The position numbers and the translations under genes are program-made. Below, piece after piece: positions 9,973-19,864 of a stretch of 64,000 bases of DNA (position 1 is its first letter; each line of letters opens with the position of its first letter). The stretch is from an uncultured Actinomycetota bacterium (GTDB lineage: Bacteria > Actinomycetota > Thermoleophilia > RBG-16-64-13): assembly GCA_963803925.1 (NCBI GenBank), contig CAWDOM010000003.1, positions 21,216 through 85,215 of the forward strand, in the 5' to 3' direction. The notes beneath the pieces are model-generated. The model did not search any database. It saw only the letters and a list, made by a program, of their open reading frames with translations, and was not told where the DNA came from.

Positions 9973-10581
9973 GTGCGCCGCGACGCCCAGCTTCGCCGCT
10001 CGATAGCCAGACCGCTCTTCGGATCACATCTCTCGTTCACCGTCCTTCTCGTCGCGCTGCTGGCGACCGGCTGCTCCGGCCCCGACAAGACCCCTGCAAT
10101 TCCCGCGACGGCCGGCGATAGTCTCCAACCTGGCGCCGTCTACGCGGCAGATCTCGACAACGACGGAGTCGTCGAGTCGATCCTGGTAGAAGGCTCGCGT
10201 CTCACCCTCACCGATGGCGACCTTGTCTATCAGAGCCGCGACAAGTGGCGTATCGTTAACACCAGCCTCGGTGACGTCGACCACGACGGCCACCTCGAGG
10301 TTGTTACCCTGGTCGACGACGAGGAGGGCCGCCACATCGCCCTGTTCGCATACTTCGGTGGTCAATACCGCGAGCGCATCGTCACGAGCGAGATCGTGCC
10401 CAGTCCGGCGGCGCTGGCGGTGGGCAACGCCGGCCGCCCCGGAGAATTCGCCGATCGGGTGCCTTCGGACCTAGACGGCGACGTCATCGTCCTCACCCAG
10501 GAGTCCACTGATGAGCAGGGCGGTTCGGCACCGCGCTTCTACCGCTGGAACGGCTTTGGCTTCACTGAGGTCTTACCGTGA
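9973..10581 (+). CDS. Lipoprotein with FG-GAP/VCBS-like repeats
   Basis: Lipobox-like LATGC; ADLDNDG and GDVDHDGHLEVV repeats; start codon uncertain. Confidence 0.65.
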   Translation: MRRDAQLRRSIARPLFGSHLSFTVLLVALLATGCSGPDKTPAIPATAGDSLQPGAVYAADLDNDGVVESILVEGSRLTLTDGDLVYQSRDKWRIVNTSLGDVDHDGHLEVVTLVDDEEGRHIALFAYFGGQYRERIVTSEIVPSPAALAVGNAGRPGEFADRVPSDLDGDVIVLTQESTDEQGGSAPRFYRWNGFGFTEVLP

Positions 10582-10597
10582 CACCCTGTCGAGACGC

Positions 10598-10657
10598 AAC
10601 CGTGACAGAATCGTTACCGGTCAACTGTTGACGCCCTGCCCGCCGGGGGCAAACATA
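10598..10657 (+). promoter_or_regulatory. Putative OmpR-family response regulator box (GTGAC-N6-GTTAC) plus downstream CAAACATA element
   Basis: AACCGTGACAGAATCGTTAC matches 17/20 with 22143-22162; both followed 31-32 nt later by CAAACATA. Confidence 0.55.
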
Positions 10658-10709
10658 GAGCAGGGCTCACAACGTCGCCCCGCCGGGGCGAGCCATAGGG
10701 AGGGGTATC

Positions 10710-12896
10710 ATGAAGCGCGGTCTATCGGTCTGGCTTCTCATCGTGGGGGTATTCCTGCTGTCCGCCGGCCTCGTCGTGGGCGGCTGCGGCTCTGAGAAGC
10801 CCGCCGCCTCGACTGCTGCCACCTCGGGCCAGGGCGCTGCCAGCAGCACGACGAGTGAGGGCGCCACCGTCTCGACCGGGGGCGGAGGCTCCGGGGACGG
10901 GCTTTCGGGGCCGTACGTCGAGCCTGCCTACCTCGATTCGCAGCCGGTCGACCTCGCGACGATCGTCAATCTCGGCGACGCACCTCTTTCCGACGCGCAG
11001 AAGCAGGTGCTGGCCCGTCAGAGCTTCGTGGCCGCCGTCCAGGATCCAATCAACGGGCCGTACAAGTTCTGGCACGTATACGAGACCGCCCGCTACCAGG
11101 GCCTGCCGGTGCTGGTGACGACCGACTCTCTCCTCAACGCCTACCACGGCCTCTTTGACACGCTGCTCCAGCGCATGGAGGAAGCCGCTCTGTTCGATCA
11201 GTGCGTCGTCATGACCGAGGCGCTCTACGCGGGTGCCGCCGACCAATGGAACACCGCCACTGATGCCGCGGTCAAGGAAGATGCGCGACTCAACGTCGCG
11301 TATTTCTCGGTGGCCGCGTCGTTGCTCCAGGGCGCTTCGACCGCTCCCGACGCCGTCGCAGACCTGGTCGATACCGAACTCGCGCTTGTCGATTCGGCCG
11401 CGGGACTGGACGCGTCACCGATCCTTGGCTATCGGGAAGACTACAGCCAGTACAAGCCCCGCGGACACTACACGCGCAGCGACAAGCTCGAGAAGTACTT
11501 CAAGACCATGATGTGGTACGGCCACACGGCCTTCTACATCAACCCGCGAGACGACATCTCCGACGAGTTAGCGGTCAGCCTCACCCGCCGGGCCGTTCTC
11601 GTCGCTTCGACGCTGACCGGAGCCGCGAAACAGGCGTGGGCCGCCATCTACGACCCGACCAGCTTCCTTGTCGGCCGGGCCGACGATCTCACGGTCGACG
11701 ACATGCAGAAAGTGCTGGCCGAGGTGTTCGGCTCCTCGCAGCCGGCGGCCGACGCCACGGCCGACGCCGGCAAGATCGCGGCCGTGCGCGAGGCCTTGAA
11801 CAAGCTGGCGCCGCCAAGAATCCAGACAGCAGCGAAGGTCGACTCCGATGGAAGCGACAGCCGCGAGGAGAACCAGCGCAGCTTCAGAGTCATGGGACAG
11901 CGCTACATACCCGATTCATACGCCTTCCAGCAGCTGGTCTGGGACTACGTGGGCGAGGCCCCCGACAACAAGCGCGAATTCCCAATGGGTCTCGATGTCA
12001 TGACCGTCCTCGGCTCCGATCAGGCCTACAGAATCGCCAAGGAGGATTTCGGCCAAGACCAGTTCAAGAATTGGGAGAGCCAGATCAAGAAGATCAACGA
12101 CGAGTTCACGTCGAAGGATGCCGGCGTCTGGCCGGCCAGCCTCTATACGGGCTGGTTGGAGTCACTCCAGCAGGCCATGGCCTTCCCGGCCGACACTGCC
12201 CCGGCGTTCATGAGGAGCCGCGCTTGGGCGCGCAAGAGCCTCAATACCGCTCTTGGCAGCTGGACCGAACTGCGTCACGACACCATTCTGTATGCCAAGC
12301 AGTCGGTGGTCGCCGAGGGCGACGGGGGCGAGGAGCCCGAATCCGCGGGATACGTGGAGCCGTACCCGGCCTTCTACGCGAAGATCGCCGAGCTCGCCAC
12401 CACCCTACGCCAGAGCATGGACGACTACCAGTTGACCGATCAGCAGGCGGCGGAGAAGCTCGACGACATGATCGTCCTTGCCCAAACCCTGGCGACCATC
12501 GCCCAGAAGGAACTCGACGGCGAGCAGCTCTCCGAGGAAGAGAGGGTGACCATCCTCTGGTATGGCGCGCGGCTCGAAGGTCTCGAGACCTGGAATACCT
12601 CCGAACCCGGGACCACGCTTTCCCCCGCGGCCGAAAAGAGCCCACTGGTGGCCGATGTGCATACCGGCTACCTGAGCAACGCGGCGCTCGAAGAGGCCAC
12701 CGGCTACCCGCTGGTGCTGTATGTGGCCTTCGAGCTCAACGGCAAGCTGCAACTCCTGGCCGGCGCGTCATACGCCTACTACGAGTTCACCGCTCCGCTG
12801 GACAAGCGCCTCACCGATGAAGAGTGGACGACCATGCTGGACGAGGGCAAGGCGCCACCGCGTCCGGCCTGGACCAACGAGTGGATTGTCGAGTAG
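10710..12896 (+). CDS. DUF3160 family lipoprotein
   Basis: SD GGAGGGG; lipobox VGGC; EDYSQYKPRGHYT, YFKTMMWYG, GQRYIPDS, SWTELRHDTILYAKQ, GYVEP, LTDEEW. Confidence 0.9.
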   Translation: MKRGLSVWLLIVGVFLLSAGLVVGGCGSEKPAASTAATSGQGAASSTTSEGATVSTGGGGSGDGLSGPYVEPAYLDSQPVDLATIVNLGDAPLSDAQKQVLARQSFVAAVQDPINGPYKFWHVYETARYQGLPVLVTTDSLLNAYHGLFDTLLQRMEEAALFDQCVVMTEALYAGAADQWNTATDAAVKEDARLNVAYFSVAASLLQGASTAPDAVADLVDTELALVDSAAGLDASPILGYREDYSQYKPRGHYTRSDKLEKYFKTMMWYGHTAFYINPRDDISDELAVSLTRRAVLVASTLTGAAKQAWAAIYDPTSFLVGRADDLTVDDMQKVLAEVFGSSQPAADATADAGKIAAVREALNKLAPPRIQTAAKVDSDGSDSREENQRSFRVMGQRYIPDSYAFQQLVWDYVGEAPDNKREFPMGLDVMTVLGSDQAYRIAKEDFGQDQFKNWESQIKKINDEFTSKDAGVWPASLYTGWLESLQQAMAFPADTAPAFMRSRAWARKSLNTALGSWTELRHDTILYAKQSVVAEGDGGEEPESAGYVEPYPAFYAKIAELATTLRQSMDDYQLTDQQAAEKLDDMIVLAQTLATIAQKELDGEQLSEEERVTILWYGARLEGLETWNTSEPGTTLSPAAEKSPLVADVHTGYLSNAALEEATGYPLVLYVAFELNGKLQLLAGASYAYYEFTAPLDKRLTDEEWTTMLDEGKAPPRPAWTNEWIVE

Positions 12897-12932
12897 CGGC
12901 AGCCGGCGCGCTGTCGCGCCGGGCCGCCCCGC

Positions 12933-13655
12933 CTACTTGAGGTACTCGTTCAGATCGACGGTGTCTTCGTCGGCGGGCGTCCACAGACCGCGCATCCAGG
13001 TGTAGCTGATCGCGTCGACGGAGCTGCCGGGTATGGTCTCGATGGTGGTCTGGAGCGGCCGGCCGGTCTTCTTGTCGACGATCACGGTCACGGCTCGCTG
13101 CGCTTCGAGGAACTCTGCATCGACAAACCGGGAAGCAACGTCCTTTCCGAGCAGTTGCGCCAGCGTCGCAGAGGCGGTCACCGTGCCGGTCACCACCCAG
13201 GCGTTCCCGTCGCTCGACTCAGCGACCTCCGGGGCCGCGTCCATGGTCTGCATTGCGAGCAGTGGCTGCACGAGACCCGCGGCCACCAAAGCCAGGGCGA
13301 CGTCTTTGCCCTTCTCCTGTACGTCTTTGTCGGTGAGGTCTTGGCGCGAGAAGCGGATCCACCGTGGTGACGCCGGCTCCTCACCGGCAGCTGCCACCAG
13401 CGTGGCGCGCACGAAGAACATGTCACCGTTGATCACGAGGCTGCCCGCGAGACCGGTCATGGCCCGGCCGCCTCTCTGGTAGAGCCACCACGTTTGGCTG
13501 TTGACTCCGCTGGGAATCGCTTGGCAGTCTGTATCCTCGATCCACTTAATGGCCGAATCGAGGACCTTCCCGGGTCCTGGAGTGCCGCACCCCGTCAGGG
13601 CCAGAACCCCCAGGCAGAGCATCAGCGCCAGAACGAGCATCTTGCGTGTCTTCAC
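12933..13655 (-). CDS. Hypothetical lipoprotein (LppX/LprAFG-like fold possible)
   Basis: GTG start overlapping the upstream stop (GTGA); lipobox LTGC; fold is a guess. Confidence 0.65.
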   Translation of the reverse strand: MKTRKMLVLALMLCLGVLALTGCGTPGPGKVLDSAIKWIEDTDCQAIPSGVNSQTWWLYQRGGRAMTGLAGSLVINGDMFFVRATLVAAAGEEPASPRWIRFSRQDLTDKDVQEKGKDVALALVAAGLVQPLLAMQTMDAAPEVAESSDGNAWVVTGTVTASATLAQLLGKDVASRFVDAEFLEAQRAVTVIVDKKTGRPLQTTIETIPGSSVDAISYTWMRGLWTPADEDTVDLNEYLK

Positions 13656-14632
13656 GCCGCCTCCCAGGGCCGTGACGCTGGTTCCATAACCCCCCTGACG
13701 GCCGCGACGATCTTGGTCTTGTCGGGAATCGCGAACCGCTCCATCGGCGGGCTGAACGGAATCGGCACATCGAGCCCGCACACGCGTGCCGGCGCCGCCC
13801 TGAGAGCGCCGAACACCTGCTTGTCACTGGTCGTGAGCGCGAGTATCTCCGCGGCGGCGCCGCAGGTTTGGCAGGCTTCGTCCACCACGACCAAGCGACC
13901 GGTCTTGGCCACCGAGTCGAGAATCGTCCGCGTATCGAGCGGAACCAACGTACGAGGGTCGATGACCTCCACAGATACGCCTTCTTCGGCCAGCTCGGCC
14001 GCCGCCTCAAGCGCATCGTGCACCATCTTGGCCAGCGCGACGACTGTCACGTCGGCGCCTTCGCGCCGCACGCAGGCCTGCCCGAACGGAATGAAGTACT
14101 CTTCCTCGGGCACCTCCCCCTTCATCCCGCCCAGAGCCACGTGCTCGAACGAGATGACCGGGTTGTTGTCGCGAAGCGCGGTCTTGAATAGCCCTTTCGC
14201 GTCGTACGGAGTCGCCGGTAGGATGATCTTCAGACCCGGCGCGTTCATATACATGGGATAGGGAGTCACCGAGTGCTCGGCCGCGGCCGAGATGCCCGCG
14301 CCCACTGTCATGCGATAGAGCACGGGGAAGGTGGCCTGCCCTCCGAACATGTAGGTGATCTTCGCCGCGTGGTTCATGAACTGGTCCATGGCCACGAAGC
14401 CGAAGGTGGCCATACGCACGTTGGCCACCGTGCGGAAGCCAGAGCCGGCAAGTCCGACTGCCGCTCCCACGAAGTTGTTCTCGGCTATAGGGGTGACCCG
14501 GATCCTCTCGGCGCCGAACTCCTCGGTAAGGTCGGCCGCCAAATCGGTCGACAGGTGCACGGTCTTGGGATTCCTGCGGAACTCCTCGAAAATCGCCTCG
14601 GTCGCCGCCTGCTCGTAGGTGATCTCTCTCAT
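13652..14632 (-). CDS. TPP-dependent 2-oxoacid/acetoin dehydrogenase E1 beta subunit
   Basis: TPIAENNFVGAAVG, AMDQFMNHAAK, TPYDAKGL, EVIDPRTLVPLD, KTGRLVVVDE. Confidence 0.93.
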   Translation of the reverse strand: MREITYEQAATEAIFEEFRRNPKTVHLSTDLAADLTEEFGAERIRVTPIAENNFVGAAVGLAGSGFRTVANVRMATFGFVAMDQFMNHAAKITYMFGGQATFPVLYRMTVGAGISAAAEHSVTPYPMYMNAPGLKIILPATPYDAKGLFKTALRDNNPVISFEHVALGGMKGEVPEEEYFIPFGQACVRREGADVTVVALAKMVHDALEAAAELAEEGVSVEVIDPRTLVPLDTRTILDSVAKTGRLVVVDEACQTCGAAAEILALTTSDKQVFGALRAAPARVCGLDVPIPFSPPMERFAIPDKTKIVAAVRGVMEPASRPWEAA

Positions 14633-15594
14633 AGCGAATACACGTCCTCGAGTGCGTCCTCGGGCTCGGGATAGGGACTGTCGATGCCGAACTGATAGGC
14701 CTCAGCGACCTTGGAGCAGACCTCCTCGTCGATGCGGTCGAAGTCCGCCTGAGCGAGCACTCCCTGGTGCAACAGACTAGCCCTGAAGCACGCGATGGGG
14801 CAACGTTTCGCCCAAGCCTCCAGCTCTTCGCGGGGCCGTAGATCCTCCAGTTCGTTGGAGAGGTAGTGCTTGTGCCAGCGATAGGTCTCGCATTCCAAGA
14901 AGAACGGGCCCTCTCCCCGCCTAAGCCTCTCGACCGCCTCGCCGGCGGCCTCGAGGACCGCCAGAACGTCATTGCCGTGAACCTGCTTGTTGGCGATGTG
15001 GTAAGCCTCGGGCATCCTCACGATCTCGCCCGCGGCAAGCGAGTAGGAGGCCGGCGTGTTGACGCCGTAGTGATTGTTCTCGCACACGAAGAGCAGAGGC
15101 AGCTTCCAGATGGCCGCCAGGTTGAGCGCCTCGTGAAATTCCCCTTCCTGGCAGGCGCCGTCGCCGAAGAACACCGCGGCGATATGCCCGTCGCCCTCGA
15201 GTTGAGCAGCCAGGGCGGCACCGGTAGCGATGGGCAGACCCGCGCCCACGATGCCATCGGCCCCCAGCATGCCGATACTGAAATCGGCGATGTGCATCGA
15301 GCCGCCCTTACCCTTGCAGTAGCCGGTCTTCTTGCCGTGTATCTCAGCCATCATCTTGTGCATGTCGGCGCCCTTGGCGATGCAGTGCCCGTGGCCGCGA
15401 TGGTGGCTGACGATGCGGTCATCGACGCCCAGATGCTTGCACACCCCGGTGGCGATAGCCTCCTGGCCGATATACGAATGGATGAAACCGAAGATGTTGC
15501 CCGCGTAGAACTCCGTGACCACCCGCTCCTCGAAGCGGCGGATGGTGAGCATCGTCGTGTATAGATCGATCAGGGTCTGACTATCCAAGCCCAC
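14629..15594 (-). CDS. TPP-dependent 2-oxoacid/acetoin dehydrogenase E1 alpha subunit
   Basis: HSYIGQEA, HRGHGH, GKGGSMH, FFGDGA...ENN TPP motif; GTG start with SD GGAGG. Confidence 0.93.
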   Translation of the reverse strand: MGLDSQTLIDLYTTMLTIRRFEERVVTEFYAGNIFGFIHSYIGQEAIATGVCKHLGVDDRIVSHHRGHGHCIAKGADMHKMMAEIHGKKTGYCKGKGGSMHIADFSIGMLGADGIVGAGLPIATGAALAAQLEGDGHIAAVFFGDGACQEGEFHEALNLAAIWKLPLLFVCENNHYGVNTPASYSLAAGEIVRMPEAYHIANKQVHGNDVLAVLEAAGEAVERLRRGEGPFFLECETYRWHKHYLSNELEDLRPREELEAWAKRCPIACFRASLLHQGVLAQADFDRIDEEVCSKVAEAYQFGIDSPYPEPEDALEDVYSL

Positions 15595-15671
15595 CGGGCA
15601 CCTCCGGCACCTAGTAGCAACGAATCCCGGGCAGTGCTGCACCTGGTGAGCAGGGTAGCATCGAATGGGGT

Positions 15672-16388
15672 TCAGTTCGCATGTGTCTTTGCCGACCGAA
15701 GCCGCTCGTCCCACCTCGTCGCCAAGGCGCGGTGGATCAGGTACAAGTACGGCAGGCCCATGTTGGTCTCGATCAGCGAGTTCACCACGAGCGTTTCCCA
15801 GCTCAAATTGCGGATGCCCGAGACGGCCAAGACCGCCTCCCAGCTGAACTGGACAAGTATGCCGATCGCCAGTATCCACAAGATCGGCACTCGCTTGGCG
15901 TTGTCGCGCTGCCGGATGTTGTAGACGCAGAGACCGCCGTAGCCGGCAAAGAGCAGCAGCGCGAAGATGCCGTGATAGTCGGAGGTGCCCCGCATGATCG
16001 ATATGGGATCGCTGTCGTACCCGAGTACCTGGCTCATCAAGGCCACCCATACCCAGCCGGCGATGATGAACACCGACCACTCGACGGCCCGCTTGTCGCG
16101 GTCGAGCCACAGCCAGATCCAGGCGAAATTGGTGACTCCGTAGCTGAACGAAAGCCACAGCAGGAACCAGAAGGGATCGGCGCCATGAATGACCCTGGTG
16201 CCGAGCACCCGATAGTAGATGCCGTAGTCGACGGCGAAGTAGATGGCCCCGCCGGCGAGGCCCGCAATCAAAGCCTGGTAGCGTTTGCTCCAGATAAGAA
16301 CGGCCACGAAAGCCACGAGAAACGCAAGGTCGAGCCAGATGTAGAGAGATTGCATGGTGCGAGCCGCGATGAGCTGTGTAGGATCCAC
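15672..16388 (-). CDS. Hypothetical multi-pass membrane protein
   Basis: About 7 hydrophobic segments; GC3-rich frame; GTG start after GGAG. Confidence 0.75.
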   Translation of the reverse strand: MDPTQLIAARTMQSLYIWLDLAFLVAFVAVLIWSKRYQALIAGLAGGAIYFAVDYGIYYRVLGTRVIHGADPFWFLLWLSFSYGVTNFAWIWLWLDRDKRAVEWSVFIIAGWVWVALMSQVLGYDSDPISIMRGTSDYHGIFALLLFAGYGGLCVYNIRQRDNAKRVPILWILAIGILVQFSWEAVLAVSGIRNLSWETLVVNSLIETNMGLPYLYLIHRALATRWDERLRSAKTHAN

Positions 16389-16420
16389 GGGCGCTCCCTA
16401 TGTCCTGTTCGTTGCGAGCC

Positions 16421-16705
16421 CTACCGCTGCCCGCCCGGGGTGCCCCGGGCGATCACCGTGGCGCCATCTACGCCCAGCCGCAGCTGGAACGAGACGGGAA
16501 CTGTCTCGGCGGCCAACGACTCGAGCAGCGCGTTGCGGGCAGCGCTGATCACGGCGCGCTCGTCACGATCGAGCAGAGCGGCCATCTGGGCGTCGACCCA
16601 AACCAGCGAGCGACACCAGGTCTCTCCCGCGTAGATCGCGTCGAATACCACTGCGAAGGCGTCGGGGAACTCGGCCTCATCGATGGCGACGAACTCCATA
16701 TCCAT
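16421..16705 (-). CDS. Small hypothetical protein
   Basis: Acidic ~94 aa ORF with normal codon usage; start uncertain (16705 or 16729). Confidence 0.55.
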   Translation of the reverse strand: MDMEFVAIDEAEFPDAFAVVFDAIYAGETWCRSLVWVDAQMAALLDRDERAVISAARNALLESLAAETVPVSFQLRLGVDGATVIARGTPGGQR

Positions 16706-16751
16706 GAAGATAGCCACGCGACTCACCATCAACGATCGGCTTGTGAGCGGC

Positions 16752-19103
16752 CTAAGAGCATTTCGAGTACCCACACGAGCGGCATACCATGCACCCGCCC
16801 TCGTGCTCGATGGCCCCACCGCAGTCGGGGCAGGCCCCCTGCGCGTACGCGATGGGCATCTCCAACTGTCCCACCGCCTTGCCTCCATCACCGTTGCTCA
16901 AGTAGTACTTATCGGCCAGGGCTTTGCCGATAGCGTCGGGGCACGAAAGGATCTGGTGAGGCCCGAACCCCAGCGGCACGTGGCAGCGTATGCCCCGGAG
17001 TTGCTTGACGATCTTGTCGGGCGGCACGCCGTATCGGAAGGCCAGCGAGACCAGACGGCCGATCGCCTCGGTCGACGCAGAGGCGCACCCGCCCGCCTTG
17101 CCCATGTTGGCGAAGACCTCGCGCGGACCGTAGTCGTCTTCGTTGACGGTGACGTACAGGCTGCCACAACCGGTGACCTTCTCACGAGTCTCGCCTCTCA
17201 ACACCGGCGAGCGGCTGGGCCTCACGGGCATCACCGCTGTGCCGTGCGGACCAAGTTCCATCTGGACGACACCACCGGCGTCGCCGTTCTTACGCTTGAC
17301 CTCGCCGATGTTAAGCACCTGGTCTTGACGCGACCCATCGCGATAGATCGTCACTCCCTTGACTCCCAACTCGTACGCGAGCAGGTAGACCCGCTCTACA
17401 TCCTCGGGCCGCGCATGGTTGGGGAAGTTCACGGTCTTGGAGACGGCGTTGTCGGTATGGTCTTGGAAGGCGGCCTGCATGCGAATATGCCATTCGGGGC
17501 TCACGTCGTGTGCCGTCACGAAGACATGTTTCAGGTCATCGGGGACGTCGATATCGTGAAGTCCACCGACAGCCGCGATGCCCTTCATGAGCCCTTCGGA
17601 GTACAGACCTCGTTCTTTGAGCGCCGCCTCGAGGGCAGGATGGGCCTCGGGCAGTTCAGTGTTGTCCATGACGTTTCGGATGAAGGCGAGAGCAAACACC
17701 GGCTCGACGCCGCTCGACACGCCGGCGATGATCGAGATGGTGCCTGTCGGAGCGATGGTAGTGAGGGTGGCGTTGCGCACCCTGCGGCCGCGGTCTTTCC
17801 AGATGCTCTGCTCCCAGTTGGGAAACACGCCGCGTTGCTCCGCCAGCTCTTCTGAAGCCTTGATCGACTCCTCTTCGATGAAGCCCATCACATCGTGCGC
17901 CAGCGCGATGGCCTCGTCGGAGTCGTAGGCGATGCCTAACTCCACCAGCATGTCGGCCCAGCCCATGACACCCAGGCCGATCTTGCGGCTGCCGCGCGTC
18001 ATGACGCCGATGGCCTCGAGCGGGTAGCGATTCATATCGATGACGTTGTCGAGGAAGTGGACCGCTGTGCGGGTCACGCGGCGCAGCCGCTCCCAATCGA
18101 CCTCGCCGTCATGGACCATGATGGCCAGGTTGATGGAGCCAAGATTGCAGCTCTCGTACGGCAGAAGAGGCTGCTCGCCACAGGGATTCGTCGATTCGAT
18201 CTCTCCCATGCCAGGAGTGGGGTTGTCACGGTTGAGGCGGTCGAGAAACACGATGCCTGGTTCCCCGTTCTTCCAGGCCAGTTTGACGATGAGGTCGAAA
18301 ATCTCCCTAGCGCTCAGCCTGCCCACCTCCCGGCGGTCGCGCGGGTTGCGCAGGGCATAGTCGCTGCCCGTGAGCACTGCCTCCATGAACTCTTCGGTGA
18401 CGCCCACGGAGATGTTGAAGTTGTTGAGAATGTGCTCGTCTTCTTTGGCCCGGATGAACTCCACGATATCTGGGTGGTCGACCCGAAGGATGCCCATGTT
18501 GGCGCCCCGCCTGGTGCCGCCTTGCTTGATGGTCTCTGTGGCCATGTCGAAGACCCGCATGAACGAGACCGGACCGCTGGCCACCCCCATGGTGGAACGC
18601 ACCAGATCGTTCTTGGGCCGCAGGCGGCTGAAACTGAAGCCGGTGCCGCCGCCCGACTGGTGCACGAGAGCCGCGTCGCGGATGGCGCCGAAGATGGATT
18701 CCATGCTGTCGTCGACCGGAAGCACGAAGCACGCTGAGAGCTGTTGCAGCTCACGACCGGCGTTCATGAGGGTAGGCGTGTTTGGCAGGAACTCCAGCCG
18801 CGACATCACGGCGAAGAACTCGGCGATCGTCTCGTCGATCGGCTTGGCGGCGTCGTAGGACTTATCGGCCTGGGCTATGTTCTCGGCTACCCGCGCGAGC
18901 ATGTCGGCGGGCGCTTCGAGGGGCTCGCCTTCGGGAGTGCGTTTCAGGTAGCGCTTCTCGAGGACCTTGACCGCGCTGGGCGAGAGCCTCTGCTCCAGGT
19001 CGGCCGAAAGCGCGCGTAGCTCAGCGACGGTCATTTCGTCCCCTCTCTTGCCGGTGGGCTGCCGATTGACGACGCCCCGCCGCACGGAGGCATCAGCCGC
19101 CAT
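16752..19103 (-). CDS. nrdJ: Class II (B12-dependent) ribonucleotide reductase with C-terminal TSCPD/Zn-ribbon
   Basis: FLPNTPTLMNAG, LSACFV, GGTRRGANM, ESTNPCGEQPL, TIAPTGT, KGVTIYRDGSR, SCPDAIG, CPDC...CRSCGYSKC; start 19103 or 19034. Confidence 0.95.
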   Translation of the reverse strand: MAADASVRRGVVNRQPTGKRGDEMTVAELRALSADLEQRLSPSAVKVLEKRYLKRTPEGEPLEAPADMLARVAENIAQADKSYDAAKPIDETIAEFFAVMSRLEFLPNTPTLMNAGRELQQLSACFVLPVDDSMESIFGAIRDAALVHQSGGGTGFSFSRLRPKNDLVRSTMGVASGPVSFMRVFDMATETIKQGGTRRGANMGILRVDHPDIVEFIRAKEDEHILNNFNISVGVTEEFMEAVLTGSDYALRNPRDRREVGRLSAREIFDLIVKLAWKNGEPGIVFLDRLNRDNPTPGMGEIESTNPCGEQPLLPYESCNLGSINLAIMVHDGEVDWERLRRVTRTAVHFLDNVIDMNRYPLEAIGVMTRGSRKIGLGVMGWADMLVELGIAYDSDEAIALAHDVMGFIEEESIKASEELAEQRGVFPNWEQSIWKDRGRRVRNATLTTIAPTGTISIIAGVSSGVEPVFALAFIRNVMDNTELPEAHPALEAALKERGLYSEGLMKGIAAVGGLHDIDVPDDLKHVFVTAHDVSPEWHIRMQAAFQDHTDNAVSKTVNFPNHARPEDVERVYLLAYELGVKGVTIYRDGSRQDQVLNIGEVKRKNGDAGGVVQMELGPHGTAVMPVRPSRSPVLRGETREKVTGCGSLYVTVNEDDYGPREVFANMGKAGGCASASTEAIGRLVSLAFRYGVPPDKIVKQLRGIRCHVPLGFGPHQILSCPDAIGKALADKYYLSNGDGGKAVGQLEMPIAYAQGACPDCGGAIEHEGGCMVCRSCGYSKCS

Positions 19104-19110
19104 GTCTTCT

Positions 19111-19569
19111 TCATCTGCAGCCTCCTTCCAGTCGCTCCAACTCTTGCTTGAACTCCTCGACGCTCTCGAACTGCCGGTACACCGACGCGAACCGCACATA
19201 CGCGACGAGGTCGATACCCTGCAGGCGCTCGAGAGCCATCTTACCCACCCGTTCGGACGGCACGTCGAACGCCGCCTCTTCGCGCAACTCTCGCTCTATG
19301 TCGTTGACGGCCGCCTGAAGACTCTCCACCGGCACGTGCCGCTTTGCGCACGCCTGCATGAGCCCCCGCACCAGCTTCTCAGGATGGAACAGCTCCGTGG
19401 AGCCGTCGCGTTTGACGATTGTGATGGGGATCTCTTCGATCTTCTCGTATGTGGTGAAACGTTGGCCGCAAGCTGTGCATTCGCGCCTCCGCCGGATGGC
19501 TTCCTTGCTCTCGGTCTCCCGGGAGTCGACCACCCTGCTGTCGGGTGAGTTGCAGTAGGGGCAGTTCAT
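19111..19569 (-). CDS. nrdR: Transcriptional repressor NrdR
   Basis: MNCPYC...SRVVDSR...IRRRREC..C..RFTTYE, ATP-cone, VAYVRFASVY. Confidence 0.97.
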   Translation of the reverse strand: MNCPYCNSPDSRVVDSRETESKEAIRRRRECTACGQRFTTYEKIEEIPITIVKRDGSTELFHPEKLVRGLMQACAKRHVPVESLQAAVNDIERELREEAAFDVPSERVGKMALERLQGIDLVAYVRFASVYRQFESVEEFKQELERLEGGCR

Positions 19570-19691
19570 CCGCCCTCCCCTTGCCGGCAGACCGCGCCGG
19601 CGACCGTTCGTCCTACTACCACCAGCGTACACATGCTCGGATCCCCCGCGGGGCCAAAGGTCAGGCATCCCAGTCTCCGCGAGCCGCTGGG

Positions 19692-19743
19692 ATACCACAT
19701 ATTGTGTCTAACGGATGCTAACACCCCATATATCGGCTGTCAA
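19692..19743 (-). promoter_or_regulatory. SigA-type promoter of nrdR-nrdJ with two NrdR boxes
   Basis: Minus strand TTGACA-N17-TAGCAT (19743-19715); NrdR box ACACAATATGTGGT (19694-19707) and a second box ACCCCATATATCGG (19723-19736) about 30 bp apart. Confidence 0.85.
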
Positions 19744-19864
19744 AACGCTAAAGGCCGCTCTTTGCAGTAAAATGATTGCCAACTGCACACCGAACAGCGT
19801 ACGCTATCAGCGACCGGCGACATCTCGGTGGAAGCGGAAGGCCCAGGGAGGGATAATTCCCAGC

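Noticed and set aside
19570-19864. Cobalamin riboswitch upstream of nrdR-nrdJ
   Set aside because: No B12-box or GGGAA core recognised; the region is explained by a SigA promoter plus NrdR boxes
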